NCBI GenBank assembly: GCA_023151185.1 | Contig: JAKLJL010000008.1 | Span: 15,508-79,507, forward strand | DNA: 64,000 nucleotides | Direction of reading: 5' to 3' | Source: Bacteroidota bacterium | GTDB lineage: Bacteria > Bacteroidota > JABWAT01 | In this document: one piece after another, positions 10,110-20,200 of the stretch | Position numbering within the stretch: the stretch's first letter is position 1 | Layout: every line of letters begins with the position of its first letter | The notes under the pieces: model-generated | Told to the model about the DNA's origin: nothing | Databases searched by the model: none | What the model saw: the letters and a program-made list of their open reading frames with translations, nothing else | Made by a program: the position numbers and the translations under genes

Positions 10110-10809
10110 TCTGCGATGTGTAGCCGTTGATGATGAACCTCTCGCCCTGCAGAATCTGGAAAGCTATATCCGGAAAACCCCCGGCCTGACGTTGGTCCGG
10201 ACGTTTCTGAATCCGGTTCAGGCCCACGATTTTTTATCTTCTGATCCGGCAGATCTTGTATTTCTGGATATACAGATGCCCGACCTGAACGGAATCCAGC
10301 TTTCCAGGCTGATCGGAGCCCAGACACGCCTCATCTTTACTACGGCATATTCTGAGTATGCCCTAGACGGACTGAAGGCCGGTGCAGTTGATTATCTCCT
10401 GAAACCGTTCGGGTATGATGAGTTTCTGGCAGCCGTTGCCAAAGTCAGATCCTTTGTATCAGCCGGAAAACTACAGTCCGGCGGGCTGCAGGATCTCTGG
10501 TTTGTGAAGTCTGAAGGCCGGCTGGTTCCGGTTCTTCTCTCTGCCATTCTGTATCTCGAGGCCGGCGATGATTATGTCCACTTCATTCTGGACAGCGGTA
10601 AAAAGCTTTTGGTTCACGGCACTCTGAAGGATCTTGAAACCCGGCTTCCGGCCGGGATGTTTTTCAGAATCCACCGCTCCTGGCTCATCAATCTTTCCAA
10701 AATCACGGCCATTGACCGGTCACGGGTCTTTTTCGGCAATCAGTATCTGGTTGTCGGCGAGGCCTACCGTGATGCCTTTGCTGACCTGCTGAAAAGCCGG
10801 AGTTTATAG
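10102..10809 (+). CDS. LytTR-family response regulator
   Basis: Receiver domain (..VAVDDEP.. and ..DIQMPDLNG..KP) plus a C-terminal LytTR DNA-binding domain (..FFRIHRSWLINL..). It overlaps the kinase gene by 8 nt. Confidence 0.9.
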   Translation: MDNLRCVAVDDEPLALQNLESYIRKTPGLTLVRTFLNPVQAHDFLSSDPADLVFLDIQMPDLNGIQLSRLIGAQTRLIFTTAYSEYALDGLKAGAVDYLLKPFGYDEFLAAVAKVRSFVSAGKLQSGGLQDLWFVKSEGRLVPVLLSAILYLEAGDDYVHFILDSGKKLLVHGTLKDLETRLPAGMFFRIHRSWLINLSKITAIDRSRVFFGNQYLVVGEAYRDAFADLLKSRSL

Positions 10810-10841
10810 GTTTTTTTCACCCCGAATCAATTAATCCGCCG

Positions 10842-10889
10842 GTCAGGAACCCGGGGGTTCTGACTTCTGTTTTGAATTTTGATTTTTTT
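10842..10889 (+). terminator. rho-independent terminator ending the efflux/TCS operon
   Basis: Stem gtcaggaacc / ggttctgac with one bulge, followed by a T-rich tract ttctgttttgaattttgattttttt. Confidence 0.7.
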
Positions 10890-10981
10890 GTACAGATTCA
10901 ATACTTTCGCTTTCAGGGTTGATTTTCAGGTTGTTTCCGGTTAAGGATCAGGTTCCGGAAAGACCGGTTTTTCGGGGATAT

Positions 10982-12415
10982 ATGAACGAGATTGAGCAAT
11001 TTACAAAGTCAGAATATAAGTACGGCTTTTCGACGGATATTGAGCAGGAACTGGCACCCAAAGGTCTCAATGAAGACACAGTCCGGTTTATTTCCGCAAA
11101 AAAGGAAGAGCCGGAGTGGATGCTGGAGTACCGGCTGAAAGCCTTCCGTCACTGGCTTACCCTGAAAGAGCCCGGTTGGCAGAATGTTACCTACCCGGGA
11201 ATAGACTATCAGGACCTTTATTACTACGCTGCACCTAAGAAAAAACCACAGCTCAGCAGTCTCGACGAAGTCGATCCGGAACTGCTGGATACCTTCGCCA
11301 AACTGGGAATCCCGCTTGAAGAACAAAAACTGCTTGCCAATGTTGCCGTTGATGCCGTTTTTGATTCAGTCTCAGTAACCACCACCTTTAAAGAAACACT
11401 CCGTGAAAAAGGCGTAATTTTCTGCTCATTTTCAGAAGCCATCCGCGAGCATCCCGATCTGGTTAAAACCTATATGGGATCGGTTGTTCCCTATACCGAT
11501 AATTATTTTGCTGCTCTGAATGCGGCTGTTTTCAGTGACGGCTCCTTCGTTTATATTCCCAAAGGCGTTCGCTGCCCGATGGAACTGAGTACTTATTTCC
11601 GGATCAATGCCGAAAATACCGGTCAGTTTGAACGGACTCTGATTATTGCGGATGACGGATCTTATGTCTCTTATCTCGAAGGGTGCACGGCTCCCAAGCG
11701 GGATGAAAATCAGCTTCATGCTGCTGTGGTCGAACTTGTGGCCTGTGAACGGGCAGAGATCAAATATTCGACGGTTCAGAACTGGTATGCCGGTGATGAA
11801 AACGGAAAAGGCGGAATTTATAACTTCGTGACCAAACGGGGGATCTGCAAGGGCAACTTTTCAAAAATTTCCTGGACGCAGGTCGAAACCGGATCTGCCA
11901 TTACCTGGAAATATCCTTCCTGCATCCTGAAAGGGGATCATTCTGTCGGCGAGTTTTATTCAGTTGCAGTGACCAATAATGCCCAGCAGGCAGATACCGG
12001 CACTAAAATGATTCATCTGGGAAAAAATACCCGGTCCACCATCGTGTCGAAGGGAATTTCTGCCGGTCGCGGAAACCAGACTTACCGCGGGCTGGTAAAA
12101 GTGGCCAAAAATGCTGACGGAGCCAGAAATCACAGCCAGTGTGACTCGCTGCTGATTGGCGACCGGTGCGGAGCCCACACCTTCCCGTATTTTGAAATTT
12201 CGAATCCGGGTGCCCGGGTCGAGCATGAAGCCACGACATCCAAAATCGGGGAGGATCAGTTGTTTTACTGCCAGTCGCGCGGTATTGCCGCAGAAGAAGC
12301 GGTCAGCCTGATTGTTAACGGCTATTGCAAGGATGTTTTTCAGGAACTTCCGATGGAGTTTGCTATGGAAGCAACCAAATTGCTGAGTATATCTCTTGAA
12401 GGCAGTGTGGGTTGA
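10982..12415 (+). CDS. sufB: Fe-S cluster assembly scaffold SufB
   Basis: [16 protein letters not shown].. is a typical SufB N-terminus. Other matches are ..[18 protein letters not shown].. and ..[31 protein letters not shown]. The ATG at 10982 is preferred over the ORF-track start at 10919. Confidence 0.95.
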   Translation: MNEIEQFTKSEYKYGFSTDIEQELAPKGLNEDTVRFISAKKEEPEWMLEYRLKAFRHWLTLKEPGWQNVTYPGIDYQDLYYYAAPKKKPQLSSLDEVDPELLDTFAKLGIPLEEQKLLANVAVDAVFDSVSVTTTFKETLREKGVIFCSFSEAIREHPDLVKTYMGSVVPYTDNYFAALNAAVFSDGSFVYIPKGVRCPMELSTYFRINAENTGQFERTLIIADDGSYVSYLEGCTAPKRDENQLHAAVVELVACERAEIKYSTVQNWYAGDENGKGGIYNFVTKRGICKGNFSKISWTQVETGSAITWKYPSCILKGDHSVGEFYSVAVTNNAQQADTGTKMIHLGKNTRSTIVSKGISAGRGNQTYRGLVKVAKNADGARNHSQCDSLLIGDRCGAHTFPYFEISNPGARVEHEATTSKIGEDQLFYCQSRGIAAEEAVSLIVNGYCKDVFQELPMEFAMEATKLLSISLEGSVG

Positions 12416-12466
12416 CCCCTGCCGGTATCTGATCAGTTTTAACTTTACCTTTTAAAAAGTATCCGC

Positions 12467-13228
12467 ATGTTATCCATTCAAAATCTGCACGCCTCTGTTG
12501 GGGGAAAAGACATTCTGAAGGGCATCAGCCTGGAAGTAAAAGCCGGTGAAGTTCATGCCATCATGGGGCCGAACGGCTCAGGAAAAAGCACTCTGTCAAA
12601 GGTCCTGGCCGGCCGGGATGAGTATGAAGTCACTGCCGGATCGGTCTCCTATCTGGGAAAAGACCTGCTGGATCTGTCGCCTGAAGACCGGGCCCGGGAA
12701 GGTGTCTTTCTGGCCTTTCAGTATCCCGTTGAAATTCCTGGTGTATCGAATATCATGTTTCTGAGAACTGCACTGAATGAAATCCGGAAATACCACGGCA
12801 GGGAACCGGTCGAAGCACCTGAATTCCTGAAACTGGTCCGGGAAAAAACCCGGATCCTCGATCTGGATGAGTCGCTGCTGAAACGGCCGGTAAACGAAGG
12901 ATTCTCGGGCGGTGAAAAAAAGAGAAATGAAATATTCCAGATGGCGGTCCTGGAACCGAAACTTGCCATTCTGGATGAAACCGATTCCGGTTTGGATATC
13001 GATGCACTCCGGGCAGTATCCGAAGGAATCAACAAGCTGAAAAGCTCTGAAAACGCCATAATAATGGTCACCCATTACCAACGCCTGCTCGATTACATTG
13101 TGCCGGATTTTGTCCATGTTCTGCTGAACGGTAAAATTGTAAAATCCGGAAACCGGGAACTGGCACTGGAACTGGAGGAAAAAGGGTATGACTGGATCCG
13201 GGAAGAACTGAAGGAAGAAACGGCCTGA
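12467..13228 (+). CDS. sufC: Fe-S cluster assembly ATPase SufC
   Basis: Walker [10 protein letters not shown], ..[11 protein letters not shown].., Walker [11 protein letters not shown] and ..VTHYQRLL.. . Confidence 0.95.
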   Translation: MLSIQNLHASVGGKDILKGISLEVKAGEVHAIMGPNGSGKSTLSKVLAGRDEYEVTAGSVSYLGKDLLDLSPEDRAREGVFLAFQYPVEIPGVSNIMFLRTALNEIRKYHGREPVEAPEFLKLVREKTRILDLDESLLKRPVNEGFSGGEKKRNEIFQMAVLEPKLAILDETDSGLDIDALRAVSEGINKLKSSENAIIMVTHYQRLLDYIVPDFVHVLLNGKIVKSGNRELALELEEKGYDWIREELKEETA

Positions 13229-13230
13229 TC

Positions 13231-14532
13231 ATGACTGCAGATTTCTCCCAAAAATCCGGTCTGGTGAAACTGGCCGGACTGACCGGCGCCGGTGCTTTTC
13301 CAGGAATATCCGAAAAAGCTGTAAAAACCCTGGAAACCCTGCCCTTCCCCGACAGAAAAACAGAATTCTGGAAATATAGCCGGCTCGATGGGGTGAAATC
13401 AGGTTCTTTTACCGTTGCCGGGAATTCCTTTTCCCTGACTGAACCGGATCTCGAAGCAGTCCGGTTCGGGTCGGCTGAAACAGACCGGATTGTACTCGAA
13501 GACGGACGGTTAAACCAGCAGATGACCGCCATTCATTCCGGATCTCCTGTCAGAATGCTGACACCTGATCAGGCCCTTGAACTGTTTCCGGGGCTTGCCG
13601 ACCGGCTGACTGGCGGAACTGCCGCCATCCCCGATTACTTTGCAGAGCTGGGAAAAACCAGTTTTTCCGGATTTTTAATTCTGTTCCTGCCCGCAGGTAA
13701 GGTTCAGAAACGCCCAGTTCATCTTATTTCGTACACCACCGGTACTTTTTCGCAGCCCAAGCTCCTGGTTCTTTCAGGAAAATCCTCCGAACTGACTCTG
13801 ATCGAGCACTTTACCGGAAAATCTTCTGCAGCCGGATTTACCAATTCGGATGTCCGGTTTCTGACTGAAGAAAATGCAGTTGTTCACCACGTCAGGATTG
13901 TAGATGAACCGGCTGAATCTGCCCACATCGGGCGGATCGAGGCCTGGATGCAAACGAACTCAGTCTGGAACTCACGGGTGATAACCCTGGGTGGAAAAAT
14001 GGTGAGAAATCAGATAACTGCACGGCTGGAAGGTGAAGGGGCCAACTGCCGCATGGAAGGGGTCTATCTGGCTACCGGAAGCAGTCATGCCGAAAACATC
14101 ACCCTGATTGATCACCAAAAACCAAACGGAACAAGCCAGGAAACCTTCAGGGGAATTCTGGGCGGTGAAGCAACCGGCGTATTCGACGGCAAAATTATTG
14201 TTCAGAAAGGCGCACAGAAAACATTCGCCAACCAGTCGAATAAAAACCTGCTGCTTTCAGATCAGGCAACAGCCGATGCAAAGCCTCAGCTTGAAATTTA
14301 TGCTGATGATGTAAAGTGTTATCACGGTGCAACGGTTGGCCAGCTTGATGAAACCCAGTTGTTTTACCTTCAGTCGAGAGGCATCGGAAAGGATATGGCC
14401 CGGGCGCTGCTGACCCATGCCTTTGCCCTGGATGTCCTCAGGGGAATACCGGTCCCGGCGATTGTTACCTGGCTTGATCATCAGATTCTGGACCGCCTGA
14501 ACAGCCCGGTCCACTTTGGGGAAGAAGAATGA
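13231..14532 (+). CDS. sufD: Fe-S cluster assembly protein SufD
   Basis: Beta-helix SufB/D family C-terminus (..[34 protein letters not shown]..) in the canonical position after sufC. Confidence 0.92.
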   Translation: MTADFSQKSGLVKLAGLTGAGAFPGISEKAVKTLETLPFPDRKTEFWKYSRLDGVKSGSFTVAGNSFSLTEPDLEAVRFGSAETDRIVLEDGRLNQQMTAIHSGSPVRMLTPDQALELFPGLADRLTGGTAAIPDYFAELGKTSFSGFLILFLPAGKVQKRPVHLISYTTGTFSQPKLLVLSGKSSELTLIEHFTGKSSAAGFTNSDVRFLTEENAVVHHVRIVDEPAESAHIGRIEAWMQTNSVWNSRVITLGGKMVRNQITARLEGEGANCRMEGVYLATGSSHAENITLIDHQKPNGTSQETFRGILGGEATGVFDGKIIVQKGAQKTFANQSNKNLLLSDQATADAKPQLEIYADDVKCYHGATVGQLDETQLFYLQSRGIGKDMARALLTHAFALDVLRGIPVPAIVTWLDHQILDRLNSPVHFGEEE

Positions 14533-15770
14533 ATACCGGTTTGGCACCCGCCGTTTTTTCAGTGGATCAGATCAGGAAGGACTTCCCTCTGCTGGCTGGT
14601 GAAATAAACGGAAAACCGTTGGTTTACCTGGATAATGCAGCAACTGCCCAGAAACCTGAATCCGTTATCCGCCGGATGGATCGGTATTACCGTCAGGAAA
14701 ACGCCAATGTTCACCGGGGAATTCACACCTTGAGCCAGAATGCAACCACGGCGTATGAATCCACCCGAAGTCAGGTCAGGGAATTTTTAAATGCCCGTGA
14801 GGAAGAAGAACTCATTTTTACTTCCGGGACGACCGAAGGAATCAACCTGGTTGCAGCAACGTTTGCCCGGCAGATGCTGAAGCCGGGAGATGAGATTCTG
14901 ATTTCAGCCATGGAGCACCATTCCAATATCGTGCCCTGGCAGATGGCACTCGAAGAAAAAGGCGGCAGGCTCAGAGTCATTCCCATGAATGACCGGGGTG
15001 AACTGATCCTGGAGGGTCTTGATCAGCTTTTAACCGGCAAAACCCGGCTGGTTGCGGTTTCGCACATGTCGAATACTCTTGGAACGATTAATCCGGTAAA
15101 GGAAATTATCCGGCAGGCCCATGACAGGGGAATTCCGGTTTTGGTGGATGCTGCCCAATCAGTTCCTCACCTTCCGGTTGATGTTCAGGAACTGGATTGT
15201 GATTTTCTGGTGTTTTCGGGACATAAGGTTTTTGGTCCGACCGGTATCGGAATTCTCTACGGAAAAAAGGAACTTCTGGACTCGCTTCCACCTTACCATG
15301 GCGGTGGCGACATGATCAAAACGGTTACTTTTGAAAAAACAACCTACAATGATCTGCCGTTCAGGCTTGAGGCAGGGACTCCCAATATTGCGGCTGGCAT
15401 TGGGTTGGGTGAGGCAATTGCCTATCTGAACCGGCTCGACCGGGCTGCAGCCCTGAAGCATGAGCAGGAGCTTCTGGCCGAAGCAACAGAAAAAATGACT
15501 GAAATTCCCGGACTCAGACTCATTGGTACGGCGGCACATAAGGGAAGTGTGATTTCCTTTGTGATGGCTTCAGCACATCCGGCTGATATCGGAATGATTC
15601 TGGATCAGGAAGGAATTGCCGTCCGGACGGGTCATCACTGTACCCAGCCGGTAATGAAACAGTTTAACATTCCAGCAACAGCGAGAGCCTCTTTTGCTTT
15701 TTACAACACAACTGAAGAAGTGGATCGGCTTGTCAGAGCCCTCCGAAAAATCAACGACCTCTTTGGATGA
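14529..15770 (+). CDS. sufS: cysteine desulfurase SufS (class V aminotransferase, group II)
   Basis: ..ANVHRGIH.., the PLP-lysine region ..[13 protein letters not shown].., and the active-site Cys loop ..RTGHHCTQP.. . It has an ATGA overlap with sufD. Confidence 0.95.
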   Translation: MNTGLAPAVFSVDQIRKDFPLLAGEINGKPLVYLDNAATAQKPESVIRRMDRYYRQENANVHRGIHTLSQNATTAYESTRSQVREFLNAREEEELIFTSGTTEGINLVAATFARQMLKPGDEILISAMEHHSNIVPWQMALEEKGGRLRVIPMNDRGELILEGLDQLLTGKTRLVAVSHMSNTLGTINPVKEIIRQAHDRGIPVLVDAAQSVPHLPVDVQELDCDFLVFSGHKVFGPTGIGILYGKKELLDSLPPYHGGGDMIKTVTFEKTTYNDLPFRLEAGTPNIAAGIGLGEAIAYLNRLDRAAALKHEQELLAEATEKMTEIPGLRLIGTAAHKGSVISFVMASAHPADIGMILDQEGIAVRTGHHCTQPVMKQFNIPATARASFAFYNTTEEVDRLVRALRKINDLFG

Positions 15771-15798
15771 GCCGGTTTTACCTCCGGCAGAAATACGT

Positions 15799-16149
15799 AT
15801 GGAAACACCAGACCAGCAGGAAACCGCCGGGGAACTGACCCGGGAACACCGGATCGAACTCGCGACCATTGAGGTTTTGAAAACCATTTACGACCCTGAA
15901 ATTCCGGTCAATATTTATGATCTGGGTCTGATTTATGAAATTAAGGTTGAGGCCCTGAGTTTTGTCAGGGTAAAAATGACCCTGACGGCACCTGCCTGTC
16001 CGGTTGCCGGGTCCCTTCCCGGTGAAGTTCAGGAAAAAGTTAAAAGTGTGCCCGGTGTGGCAGATGCACAGGTCGATCTGGTTTGGGAACCTGCCTGGTC
16101 GAAGGATATGATGAGTGAAGAAGCACGGCTCATGCTGAACCTGTGGTAA
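15799..16149 (+). CDS. DUF59/SufT-like Fe-S assembly protein
   Basis: ..VLKTIYDPEIPVNIYDLGLIY.. and ..MTLTAPACPVAG.. are the hallmark of the DUF59 (MIP18) family. The ATG at 15799 is chosen because the longer ORF overlaps sufS. Confidence 0.85.
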   Translation: METPDQQETAGELTREHRIELATIEVLKTIYDPEIPVNIYDLGLIYEIKVEALSFVRVKMTLTAPACPVAGSLPGEVQEKVKSVPGVADAQVDLVWEPAWSKDMMSEEARLMLNLW

Positions 16150-16182
16150 GGTAACAGTTTTTATTTAGAGGAGGATACGACG

Positions 16183-16725
16183 ATGTTTGGAAATATTCCC
16201 ATGGCCCCCATGTATGATGTTAATGCCGTTCAGCCCATGCGGGATGAACTGACCTATGTTGGCTTCAAAGAACTGACTACCCCCGAAGCTGTTGAAGCCC
16301 ATTTCACCGAAAACCCGGCCGGAACCACCCTGGTCATGATCAATTCAGTCTGCGGATGTGCTGCCGGCAGTGCCCGTCCGGGTGTAACAGAAGCGTTGCA
16401 GAATGCCGTTATTCCCGATCACATTACGACCGTATTTGCCGGGCAGGACCGTGCTGCAACCGAGAAAGTCAGATCCAAAATTACCGGATTCCCGCCGTCT
16501 TCTCCGTCGGCAGCCCTGTTCCGGGACGGCGAGGTTGTGTTTATGCTGGAACGCTGGATGATTGAAGGCCGCCACCCGAAACAGGTTGCCGATATGCTGA
16601 TTGCCGCCTTTAACCAGCATTGCTCAAAACAAGGTCCGTCTATTCCTGCCGAAGATTATGCCAAACTGGTTCATGCCAAGGCCTGCGGGTCCAAAATCCC
16701 TAAAAACCCAGCATTTCAGGGCTGA
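16183..16725 (+). CDS. bacilliredoxin (BrxA/B, DUF1094/YphP family) with a C-terminal extension
   Basis: ..VQPMRDELTYVGFKELTTPE.. , ..NSVCGCAAGSARP.. (the CGC active site) and ..SSPSAALF.. . A GGAGG RBS lies upstream. The family-like region ends at ..AAFNQHC and is followed by 33 extra residues. Confidence 0.85.
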   Translation: MFGNIPMAPMYDVNAVQPMRDELTYVGFKELTTPEAVEAHFTENPAGTTLVMINSVCGCAAGSARPGVTEALQNAVIPDHITTVFAGQDRAATEKVRSKITGFPPSSPSAALFRDGEVVFMLERWMIEGRHPKQVADMLIAAFNQHCSKQGPSIPAEDYAKLVHAKACGSKIPKNPAFQG

Positions 16726-16750
16726 GTTCAAAACCAGACGGTAAACCGGT

Positions 16751-17224
16751 ATGAAGTTCAGTTCACAGGAAGAGTTGGGTCTCAGGATTTTACTCCAGAT
16801 AGCCAGGCACCCAGATCAGGTCAGGGGAATTACCATTCAGGAAATCAGTGCAGCAGAGGGGATTACCATTCCGAATGTTGGGAAACTGGTCCGCCTGCTG
16901 CGTCTGGGTGGTTTTGTTGGCAGCAACCGGGGGCAGAATGGCGGATATGTTCTGGCCAGAAAATCTGCCGATATCCGGATTTCTGAAGTTTTGACCATGC
17001 TTGGCGGGCGGCTGTATGAATCAGGCTACTGCCAGCGGTTCACCGAAACAGAGGATGACTGTTCCCACACCCTTGACTGCACCGTTCGGGTTGTCTGGCA
17101 GAAAATACAGGCAGCAGTGGATGATGCCCTCCGGACAATGACCCTGGCCGAACTGATGAGCCACGGAAAGGCAGAACCGGTTCCGGTTCAGATTATGGAG
17201 TTCCGTCCTTCCGTTCAGTCATAA
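16751..17224 (+). CDS. Rrf2-family transcriptional regulator (IscR/SufR-like, 3-Cys cluster ligand pattern)
   Basis: N-terminal wHTH (..LGLRILLQIA.., ..ISAAEGITIPNVGKLVRLL..) and the Cys triad ..GYCQRF..DDCSHTLDC.. . Confidence 0.88.
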   Translation: MKFSSQEELGLRILLQIARHPDQVRGITIQEISAAEGITIPNVGKLVRLLRLGGFVGSNRGQNGGYVLARKSADIRISEVLTMLGGRLYESGYCQRFTETEDDCSHTLDCTVRVVWQKIQAAVDDALRTMTLAELMSHGKAEPVPVQIMEFRPSVQS

Positions 17225-20200
17225 CCGTCGAAATGGTCGACAGCAGGTCCTGAACCCGGAATGGTTTAAATATCACATCCCGGGCGCCCTTTTGCAGTAG
17301 TTCAGACTTGCTGCCATGTTCCAGATAGCCGGTTGTGAAGATCAGGCGGACCGATGCATTCAGGGATTTCAGATTTTTAAATAACTCCAGTCCGTTCATG
17401 TGGGGCATTCCCATATCCGAAATCACCAGATTGATTTTTTCCTGGTTCCGTTTGTATTTCTCGAGCCCGTCAAGACCGTTATCCGCCGTGATCACCTGAT
17501 ATCCGGCATTTTTCAGAATTTCGAGCAGCGTTTCCCGGATCAGTTCCTCATCATCCACGACGAGAATGGTTCCCTTTTCACGCAGTCCGGTTGCATTTTC
17601 GGTCTGTCCCTGAATCTGCTCGGAGGATTGCAGGCGGGGGAAATACACAAAAAAGGTTGTTCCCTGGCCGGGTGCCGATTTAACGGTAATAAACCCCTGA
17701 TGTCCGCGGATGATGCCGTGAACAATCGATAAACCAAGCCCGGTGCCTTTACCGCGTTCCTTGGTGGTGAAAAACGGTTCAAATATCCGCTGAAGCGTCT
17801 GATCATCAATTCCGGTTCCGGTATCGGCAATGGTAAGCAGAATGTACGGATCGAGTCCTGCTTCGGGGAACTGATCCGTCAGATCCCATCCCGAGACTTC
17901 CTGCAGGGCCAGGGTTAATATCCCTTCTTCGCCCGAATCTCCGATTTTTTCTGTCATGGCATCCCGGCCATTGATGGCAAGATTCATAATGACCTGCTGA
18001 ATCTGACCGGAATTTCCAAGAATCAGGGTGTTTTTAACGTCGATCCGGGTGTCGATCCGGATTGATTTGGGGAAGGAGTGCAGCAGCAGATCCCGGACTT
18101 CAGAAACAACCGACCCCAGGTCGACCGGCGACAGGTCAATGTTTTCGCTTCGGGCAAAGAGAAGCAATTGTTTGGCAATGGCGGCGCCCCGCTCGGCTGA
18201 AGTCGATACCATATCACAATATCTGAGCAGCTTGTCGTTATCTCTGGACAGGATCTTCATGGATTCTGCCGCCATGAGAATCATCGAAAGTACATTATTG
18301 AAATCATGGGCAATGCCGCCGGCCAGAGTACCCAAACTTTCAAGACGCTGGGTCTGGATCAGTTGCTGCTCAAGGGTGCGCCGTTCATTTTCAGTCTGGC
18401 GCAGATCAGAAACGTCGATTACCAGCACTTCGAAATATTTTAGTTCACCTGTTTCATCGGTTACAATCCGGGGATTCAGGTTTGCGCTGATGCTGCTCCC
18501 GTCCTTTTTCCTGAGGTAGGATTCAATATATTTCGAGAGCTGCGGATTCAGGGCATGCTGGGTTACCTCGATCTGGTCATTCGGATCCATGAAAAAATCA
18601 TCCGGGTAGGTGATTTTCTGAAGATCGGCAGCAGAATCATACCCCAGCATCCTGATCAGGGCTTCGTTGACCGAAAGGAACCGGCCGGACTGATCCACCT
18701 GAAAAATTCCCTCTGCCATGTTCTGGAAGATGGACCGGTACCGTTCCTCACTTTCCTTCAGAGCCTGTTCAGACGCCTTCCGCTGGCTGATATCTTCAAT
18801 TAACCCAACGCCGCCTACGAGCCCGCCATCATCCAGAATGATCGGTGAAAAAGTGGCCTTGATGAAGGGCACAATCGGGTTGAATGAGTAGGTGCCTTCA
18901 TATCCAACCGGATACCGTTCCAGGCTCTTCGTAATGACGGTTTCAAATTCCTTCAGGGCCGGAACCGTGTTGTGCTTTTTCCCGATCAGATCCTGGCGGG
19001 AAGCCCCCGTAATATCAGAAAAGGACTGATTGCAGGCAGTAATAATACCCGACGGATCAAAGTGAAATATTCCGAGCGGTGCATTGTCGAACAGAAGCCG
19101 GAATTTTTCTTCACTGGCACGAAGTGCTTTTTCTGATTTTTTTCTTTCGGTAATATCAATAAAAATCGACAGCAGGCAGGGTTCGCCGTTATAGGTGATC
19201 ACCGAAACCGAGGCCAGTAGATTTACCTGGCCATAGCCCGGGATGTTAACTTTCATTTCAAAGGAGGTGATCCGGCCGTTTTCTCTGATTTGCCGCATGA
19301 CTTCAAGTTTGTCGTCTGGATCCTGATAAAATTCGGTTGTTTTCCTGCCGATAAGGGTTTCGACCGGCGTCCCGAAAACTTTCTCGGCAAACCGGCTGAC
19401 AAACAGAATGGAGCTGTCAGACACCCGGGAAATGATTACCGGAGAGGGAATTCCCTCGACCAGATTCCGGAACCGTTCCTCATTTTGCCTGAGAGTCTCG
19501 ACCGATTGAGTCAGATCGGTGCAATCTTCAGCCAGCGTCAGGGAACCCAGCGGTTCACCGCCGTTACCGGTAAGCGGAACGAGTCTCAGTTTAAACAGGC
19601 GCTTCCCGGATGGCAAGTCAATGCTGGTTTCCAGTTCCTGCGATTCCATACCCAGAAGCGTCTTTTTATAAACGGTTTCAGGATCCTGTATCCCGGCCGG
19701 AAGGGCTGAAACGGTTTTGCCGACCAGCGACCGGTCGTCCTCCAGCCCCAGTAACTTTACCAGAACCGGATTAACCCGGGTGATAATCCCGGTTTTGTCG
19801 GTGGTCATGAGTCCAGAGGGAGACTGCCCGAATAAAATCCGGTAGGATTCTTCATTCTGGCGCAGGGCATTTTCAACAGTTTTACGTTCGGTGATATCCC
19901 GGAAGGTTACCATCAGAAGGTCCTGCCCGCCATGGTGGATTCTGGAACTGCGGGTATCCGTAAAGACGGGATAGCCCACTTTATGTCTGAATGATTTTTC
20001 TCCTGAAAAGAGACCCTCTGCCGGCTTATTCGGGCCGGCTTCACCGGTCGCCAGCAGGTGGTCAAGGGTTTTTCCGGTAAGTTCATCCTCAGAATAGCCC
20101 AGCACCTGGCAGGCGTGGGAATTGGTTTCCAGAATAACAAGGGTCCGGGAGTCGGCAAGGAGAATTCCGTCACTGGATTGCTGCAGCAGGGTGTGATACC

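Noticed and set aside
12596-13117. 173-aa, 117-aa and 84-aa minus-strand ORFs inside sufC.
   Set aside because: sufC is unambiguous on the plus strand (Walker A and B, signature motif). The antisense ORFs have no recognisable features.
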